From: Candidatus Latescibacterota bacterium
Lineage (GTDB): Bacteria; Latescibacterota; UBA2968; UBA8231
Assembly (NCBI GenBank): GCA_965205655.1
Contig: CBDBIJ010000045.1
Coordinates: 1-43,060 of the forward strand
Length of the DNA: 43,060 nt
Direction: 5' to 3'
Positions within the stretch are counted from its first letter, which is position 1. Each line of letters begins with the position of its first letter. Positions 38,357 through 43,060 of the stretch are shown here, piece after piece. The position numbers were made by a program, and so were the translations under genes. The notes under the pieces are model-generated. The model searched no databases. It saw only the letters and a list, made by a program, of their open reading frames with translations, and was not told where the DNA came from.

Positions 38357-39319
38357 CTCTAGAGGCACAGAAGCGCCCTTCTGCTGAATCTCCTGTGCCA
38401 GGCTGGCACCTAGTGTCTCGGCATCGCCAGGGTCTCCCGTAATGCTGGCGCGGGTCAGCTGCGAGCCGTCGGGTTGAGCCACAACACCGTCGACGCGAAG
38501 CTCGTCGCTGATGACGCGCCCCCAGGCTGCGATGGGCGCTCTGCAACCCCCGCCCAGGGTGCGCAGAAAGCTGCGCTCCGCCATAACGCTGGCCCAGGTG
38601 GGAGAGTGATTCAGCCCTTGAACGAGGCGGACCAGGGTCATGCGATCATCGTCGCGCCGCATCTGGAGGCCGAGGGCACCCTGGGCAGGCGCCGGCAGCA
38701 CCTGTTCGGTATCGAGGTAGACGCTGATTTCCTCCAACATGGAGAGTCGCTGGAGTCCGGCGGCTGCCAGCACGATGCCGTCGAAGTCTCCGTCCCGCAG
38801 TCTGGCGATGCGAGTGTCTACGTTGCCGCGAATATCTACGAAGCGCAGGTCGGGTCGCAGGGCGAGAAGCTGCGCTCGACGGCGGGGGCTGCCGGTAGCC
38901 AGGCTAGCGCCTTTTTGCAGGAGGTCATAGAGGCCGGGAATCTCGCCGGCCGTTGGGCCGGTTACCGGCTTCTCCCGCGTGATGAGGACGTCCCGGACAT
39001 CCGCTCTGCGTGGCGTCGCCAAGATGGCGAGGTCTTCGTGAACGGTGGTGGGCAGGTCCTTCAGGCTGTGGACGGCCAGATCGATCCGCCCGGCGAGCAA
39101 GGCCACTTCGATCTCGGCGGTAAAAACCCCTTCACCGCCGATGACGCTCAACTCTCGCCCCGTCCGATCTCCACTCGTGCTGATGACTTCGATGGTTACA
39201 GCCAGATTCTCTTCCCCGCCGCGGAGTTCGACGAGAAGGGCGCGGACCGACTCGGCCTGGGCGAGCGCGAGTTTGCTGCCGCGGCTGCCAATGACGATGG
39301 TCGATGTGGTTTCGGTCAC
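38354..39319 (-). CDS. hemC: Hydroxymethylbilane synthase (porphobilinogen deaminase)
   Basis: IGSRGSKLALAQ, GVFTAEIE, DLAVHSLKDLP, GSPRRRAQL, IRGNVDTR, AERSFLRTLGGGCRAPI. Confidence 0.96.
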   Translation of the reverse strand: MTETTSTIVIGSRGSKLALAQAESVRALLVELRGGEENLAVTIEVISTSGDRTGRELSVIGGEGVFTAEIEVALLAGRIDLAVHSLKDLPTTVHEDLAILATPRRADVRDVLITREKPVTGPTAGEIPGLYDLLQKGASLATGSPRRRAQLLALRPDLRFVDIRGNVDTRIARLRDGDFDGIVLAAAGLQRLSMLEEISVYLDTEQVLPAPAQGALGLQMRRDDDRMTLVRLVQGLNHSPTWASVMAERSFLRTLGGGCRAPIAAWGRVISDELRVDGVVAQPDGSQLTRASITGDPGDAETLGASLAQEIQQKGASVPLE

Positions 39320-39502
39320 CTTGGAGGAGAACGTGAGGTAATTGAGGGAAAGGCTTTGATAAATAATGGTTTAGGAAATATAGGAAGCGTTCGAATCGGA
39401 GCCAAGACGAGGATGCCGGAGCGGGTCGATTCGTGCGGCGTACACTACGACGTATCTTACGAATCCGAATACGGTGTCGCGCGTCTGCTGAGCAAGCGAC
39501 CG

Positions 39503-39662
39503 TGTCCGGAGCGCAGAAATAAGGGGAGGTACCCTCCCGGAGCGATGGTTACGCGGGGGTTTGTTTCGACCGTGATTTGAGTGGCAACCCCAATCTCGGC
39601 CGAGCCGCGGAAACCTGCGAGGGTACCTTCCTTTTTCTGTACCTACTACTTACTGCCGGACA
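39503..39662. other. Nested long inverted-repeat element between glnA and hemC
   Basis: Nested pairs TGTCCGG/CCGGACA, CAGAAA/TTTCTG, AAGGGGAGGTACCCTC/GAGGGTACCTTCCTT, CGCGG/CCGCG and GGGGTT/AACCCC. Confidence 0.55.
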
Positions 39663-39682
39663 GCCCTGAAGTTCCCTCCGCC

Positions 39683-41152
39683 CTACACCATGTCGTAGTA
39701 CAGAGCGAACTCGTACGGATGCGGCCGCAATCTGATGGCGTCGACCTCTTCCGTGCGCTTGTAGTCGATCCACGCCTCAACGAGGTCTTCTGAGAACACG
39801 CCACCCTCGAGCAGGTAGTCGTGGTCCGCTTCGAGGGCGTCGAGGGCTTCCTCGAGTGACGCGGGTGTCAGAGGGACCGAAGCGCGCTCTTCAGGCGGCA
39901 ACTCGTAGATGTCCACATCCATGGGGTCGCCCGGATCGGTGCGGTTCTTGATGCCGTCGAGGCCGGCCATGAGCATGGCGGTGAGGCCCAGGTAGAGGTT
40001 GCAGCTCGGGTCCGGGCAGCGGAACTCGATGCGCTTCGCCTTCGGACTCTGTGAATACATGGGGATGCGCACGGCGGCGCTGCGATTGTGCTGAGAGAGA
40101 GCCAGGTTGACGGGCGCTTCATAGCCGGGAACGAGGCGTCGGTATGAGTTCGTCGTCGGGTTCGTGAAGGCGATGATCGACTTGGCGTGCTTCAACAGGC
40201 CACCGGCATAGTGCAGGGCCATGTCGCTGAGGCCGGCGTATCCCGACCCCGCGAAAAGCGGCTTGCCTCCCTTCCACAGGCTCTGGTGCGTATGCATGCC
40301 GGTGCCGTTGTCCTCGAAGATCGGCTTGGGCATGAACGTCGCCGTCTTGCCGTGCTTCCTGGCCGTGTTCTTGACGACGTATTTGTAGATCATCATGCGG
40401 TCGCCGCAGGTCACTAGTGGGCAGAACTTGATGTCGATTTCGGCCTGCCCGGCCGTGCCGACCTCGTGGTGGTGGACCTCGACCTCGACACCGCACTCGA
40501 TCATGGTCAGCAGCATTTCGCTGCGCAAGTCCTGCTGTGAATCGTGGGGCGGTACGGGGAAGTAACCACCTTTGTAAGGAGGTTTGTATCCGAGGTTGGG
40601 ACCCTCGTCGGTTCCGGAGTTCCAGGCCCCCTCGACCGAATCGATGAAGTGGAAGGATGAATGCTGGTTCTGGTCATACTGGATGCTGTCGAAGACGTAG
40701 AATTCCGCCTCGGGCCCGAAGTAGGCCGTGTCGGCGATACCAGATGACTTGACGTACTCGGCACCTCTACGCGCCACGCCGCGCGGGTCTCGGCCGTAGT
40801 CTTTCCGGGTAATCGGATCCTCGATGTCGCATATGAACGACAGGGTGGGGTGCTCGGTGAAGGGGTCCCAGAACGCCGAGGACGCATCCGGCATGACGAG
40901 CATGTCGCTCTCCTCGATCGACCGCCAGCCGCGGATGCTGGAGCCGTCGAAGCCGAGCCCGTCGGTGAACATGTCGGCTTCGAGCTCGCTGGCGGGGATC
41001 GAGAAGTGCTGCCAGGTGCCGGGAAAGTCGATGAATTTGAAGTCGACGATCTCCGCGCCCTTCGCCATGGACAGAGCGGAAGAGGTGGAGCCGCCGGAGC
41101 CCCCTTTGGTTTTGGCTTTCTTCGCTCCGCCTTTGGGTTTTGACTTTGCCAT
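39683..41152 (-). CDS. glnA: Glutamine synthetase type I (GSI-beta)
   Basis: [60 protein letters not shown], adenylylation site [17 protein letters not shown] before ATG 41152. Confidence 0.97.
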   Translation of the reverse strand: MAKSKPKGGAKKAKTKGGSGGSTSSALSMAKGAEIVDFKFIDFPGTWQHFSIPASELEADMFTDGLGFDGSSIRGWRSIEESDMLVMPDASSAFWDPFTEHPTLSFICDIEDPITRKDYGRDPRGVARRGAEYVKSSGIADTAYFGPEAEFYVFDSIQYDQNQHSSFHFIDSVEGAWNSGTDEGPNLGYKPPYKGGYFPVPPHDSQQDLRSEMLLTMIECGVEVEVHHHEVGTAGQAEIDIKFCPLVTCGDRMMIYKYVVKNTARKHGKTATFMPKPIFEDNGTGMHTHQSLWKGGKPLFAGSGYAGLSDMALHYAGGLLKHAKSIIAFTNPTTNSYRRLVPGYEAPVNLALSQHNRSAAVRIPMYSQSPKAKRIEFRCPDPSCNLYLGLTAMLMAGLDGIKNRTDPGDPMDVDIYELPPEERASVPLTPASLEEALDALEADHDYLLEGGVFSEDLVEAWIDYKRTEEVDAIRLRPHPYEFALYYDMV

Positions 41153-41189
41153 CACTTCCTCCTTCAGGGGGTGTGGGGTAGGGTGTATG

Positions 41190-41251
41190 ACTATGGCCGA
41201 TAAAATCGCCCCGGCCGTCACTGAACCGGGGCGATCATTATCGGCCATAGT
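41190..41251. repeat. Long intergenic stem-loop upstream of glnA
   Basis: ACTATGGCCGATAA-AA-TCGCCCCGG, an 11-nt loop, then CCGGGGCGAT-CA-TTATCGGCCATAGT. Confidence 0.75.
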
Positions 41252-41283
41252 GATCGCAACGCCAAACAGGCGTCGAAATTCGG

Positions 41284-41922
41284 TCAGAAGCTCGTCCCGA
41301 AGACGAGGTAGGCGAGCTCCTTGTCAGGATTCACGATGTAGGACGCGAAGTTGTCGCCGATGCTCGCGTTGATGCTGACGGAGACGAGGTTGGGATCGGT
41401 GTCACTGGTGTAGTTACCGTTGCCGAAGCCGGCGGACAAGCTCACCTCGACGTCATCGGTGGACATCTTTGGACACGGATAGTCCACCTCCGCGTAGTAG
41501 GAGTCATTGGGATCACCGTAGAAGTTGAAGGCTCCCATGACGCTGACCATGCCGAGATCGATGGAACCCATAATCTCGATTGCGTGTGAACCCGTGTCCT
41601 TGTCGTAGTCGAGGAACTCTTTTGGCGGGTTGTAGTAATCGGTGAGGGTCAGTGACACGGACTCCATTGAATAGGTCACGAACAGGTCGTTCTCGTTCGC
41701 TTGGTGCGATATCGACCACGACGACCAGGCGCCGATCTCCAGGTTGTCCTTGGCGCACGAGATCGAGGGTTGAACGTTGACTGCCTCGCCGCCAATTTCG
41801 CTACCGCGCCAGACGTATCGGCTCACGACGTCGGCGCCGATGCCGATCTCGGCGTCAGCTGGAACCGTCGCCAAAAGAGTCGCCCCGGCCAGAGCTGCAA
41901 CTGCGATAATTCTTCTTGCCAT
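41284..41922 (-). CDS. TorF-like putative porin / outer-membrane beta-barrel
   Basis: Signal peptide, [38 protein letters not shown]-terminal Phe (LVFGTSF). Confidence 0.75.
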   Translation of the reverse strand: MARRIIAVAALAGATLLATVPADAEIGIGADVVSRYVWRGSEIGGEAVNVQPSISCAKDNLEIGAWSSWSISHQANENDLFVTYSMESVSLTLTDYYNPPKEFLDYDKDTGSHAIEIMGSIDLGMVSVMGAFNFYGDPNDSYYAEVDYPCPKMSTDDVEVSLSAGFGNGNYTSDTDPNLVSVSINASIGDNFASYIVNPDKELAYLVFGTSF

Positions 41923-41941
41923 TTCTCCCTCCCTAGGGATT

Positions 41942-41968
41942 GTAGCTCTCAGTGGCACTGAGAGCTAC
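41942..41968. repeat. Perfect 12-bp hairpin upstream of the porin RBS
   Basis: GTAGCTCTCAGT-GGC-ACTGAGAGCTAC. Confidence 0.7.
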
Positions 41969-42087
41969 CTGTGGGTGAGTGGTGATGTGCTAACCAATGA
42001 AAGAACGGCCGCCGCCGACATTCTTGCACCCTTGAGAACCCGGGAGGACTTTCCTCCAGACGGCGGCGGCTCCAACCAAATGGTGAA

Positions 42088-42426
42088 CTACAACGCGCCC
42101 TCGCCGGTCTCCCCGGTGCGAACGCGGATTGCCTGCTCGATCGCGCAGGAAAAGACCTTGCCGTCTCCCACGCTGCCAGTCTTGGCCGCGGTGACGATGG
42201 CGTCGATGGCGGCGTCGCGATCGCTCGCTTTGACGACGACTTCGACCTTGATCTTGGGGACGAAGTCCACATTGTACTCGGCTCCTCGATAGACTTCGCG
42301 ATGGCCGCGCTGGCGACCGAAGCCGCGCACTTCGAGAACCGACAGCCCCTGAATGCCGAGGCCGTTCAGGGCTTGCTGCACCTGGTCGAGGGCAGCGGGG
42401 CGTAAGAAAGCCTCAATTTTGTGCAT
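42088..42426 (-). CDS. glnK: P-II nitrogen regulatory protein
   Basis: 112 aa; GFGRQRG, T-loop YRGAEY (Tyr51), KTGSVGDGKVF, IRVRTGE. Adjacent to amtB. Confidence 0.93.
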   Translation of the reverse strand: MHKIEAFLRPAALDQVQQALNGLGIQGLSVLEVRGFGRQRGHREVYRGAEYNVDFVPKIKVEVVVKASDRDAAIDAIVTAAKTGSVGDGKVFSCAIEQAIRVRTGETGEGAL

Positions 42427-42443
42427 GTCTCTCGAAATCCTCC

Positions 42444-43060
42444 CTAATGCTGCGGTGTGCTGAAATCGGGATAGGCAGAAATGCCGTGCTCGACGATGTC
42501 AAGTCCAACCTCCTCCTCCTCCTCCTCGACCCGCAAACCCACGGTGGCCTTTATGATGGAAAACAGGATGAGGGAGGAAACGAAACACCACACGAATACG
42601 GCGGCGATGCCGGCGAGCTGAACCCCGTAGCTGCCCGCTTCGCCCGGCCGACAGAAGGCGGGAATGGCGCAGGCGAAGGTGCCCCAAGCCCCGGCAGTGC
42701 CGTGGGCGGAGATGGCGCCCACGGGATCGTCGACTTTGATCTTGTCGAACAGAATGACGGAGAAGACGACGATGACGCCGGCCACGAGACCCGTGAGGAT
42801 GCCGCCAATCGGGGTCATGGTGTAGCAGCCGGCGGTGATCGCCACAAGACCTGCTATGGCCCCGTTGAGGGACATCGAAATATCCGGCTTGCCGAACCTC
42901 ATCCAGCTGGTGAACATTGCTCCGATGGCCCCGGCAGCTGCCGACAGGTTGGTGACGAAGGCGACGCGGGCAAAGCTGCCGCCGTCCATCGACGTGGTTG
43001 AACCGGGGTTGAAACCGAACCAGCCGAGCCACAGGATGAAGACCCCGAGGGCGGCTAGCG
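42444..43060 (-). CDS. amtB: Ammonium transporter (3' part; runs off the right edge)
   Basis: LGVFILWLGWFGFNPGST, LNGAIAGLVAITAG, KVDDPVGAISAHG, GLRVEEEEEEVGLDIVEHG. Confidence 0.95.
   Translation of the reverse strand, partial: LAALGVFILWLGWFGFNPGSTTSMDGGSFARVAFVTNLSAAAGAIGAMFTSWMRFGKPDISMSLNGAIAGLVAITAGCYTMTPIGGILTGLVAGVIVVFSVILFDKIKVDDPVGAISAHGTAGAWGTFACAIPAFCRPGEAGSYGVQLAGIAAVFVWCFVSSLILFSIIKATVGLRVEEEEEEVGLDIVEHGISAYPDFSTPQH

Noticed and set aside
41190..41251. Glutamine (glnA) riboswitch or intrinsic terminator
   Set aside because: A simple long hairpin, without the three-way junction of the glutamine riboswitch and without a U-tract.
42509..42526. (CTC)n short tandem repeat
   Set aside because: Encodes the acidic EEEEEE stretch of the normal AmtB C-terminal region.
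1..43060. CRISPR arrays, tRNA or rRNA genes (including tRNA-Sec)
   Set aside because: No repeat-spacer periodicity or cloverleaf/rRNA-like sequence recognised by eye in the intergenic regions; a covariance-model scan would be needed to exclude them formally.

Overview
GC-rich bacterial window (probably a long-read or metagenomic assembly, with many single-base indels splitting otherwise intact genes) containing five blocks. (1) 1-9040, minus strand: an operon with a Crp regulator, an orphan GlmL/MutL-type ASKHA ATPase, a DUF6754-like protein and three membrane proteins, with no glutamate mutase subunits. It is followed by a thioredoxin-fold protein and an aldo/keto reductase. (2) 9071-21553: an expanded selenoneine biosynthesis locus. 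It holds senB, senA, a divergent selD/senC with an in-frame UGA and a SECIS-like hairpin, a selenium-associated PhnCDE-like ABC transporter, a core-MetE-like enzyme, egtD, a betaine-type ABC transporter and a flavin disulfide reductase. (3) ~23000-31400: an accessory island with a type I export system (HlyD and ABC, interrupted by IS256 and an IS3-family element), a CPBP/Abi protease, a glycine-zipper toxin-like ORF and a GNAT-like gene. (4) 31434-39319: LarA-like, Fe-ADH, HAD, PurM-like, cobA-hemD and hemC genes, with an IS481 inserted in the last codons of hemC. (5) 39683-43060: the amtB-glnK-porin-glnA nitrogen operon. The strongest candidates for new biology are the extended selenium/selenoneine module and the orphan GlmL-DUF6754 membrane system. 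All family calls come from motif recognition only; no searches were run.
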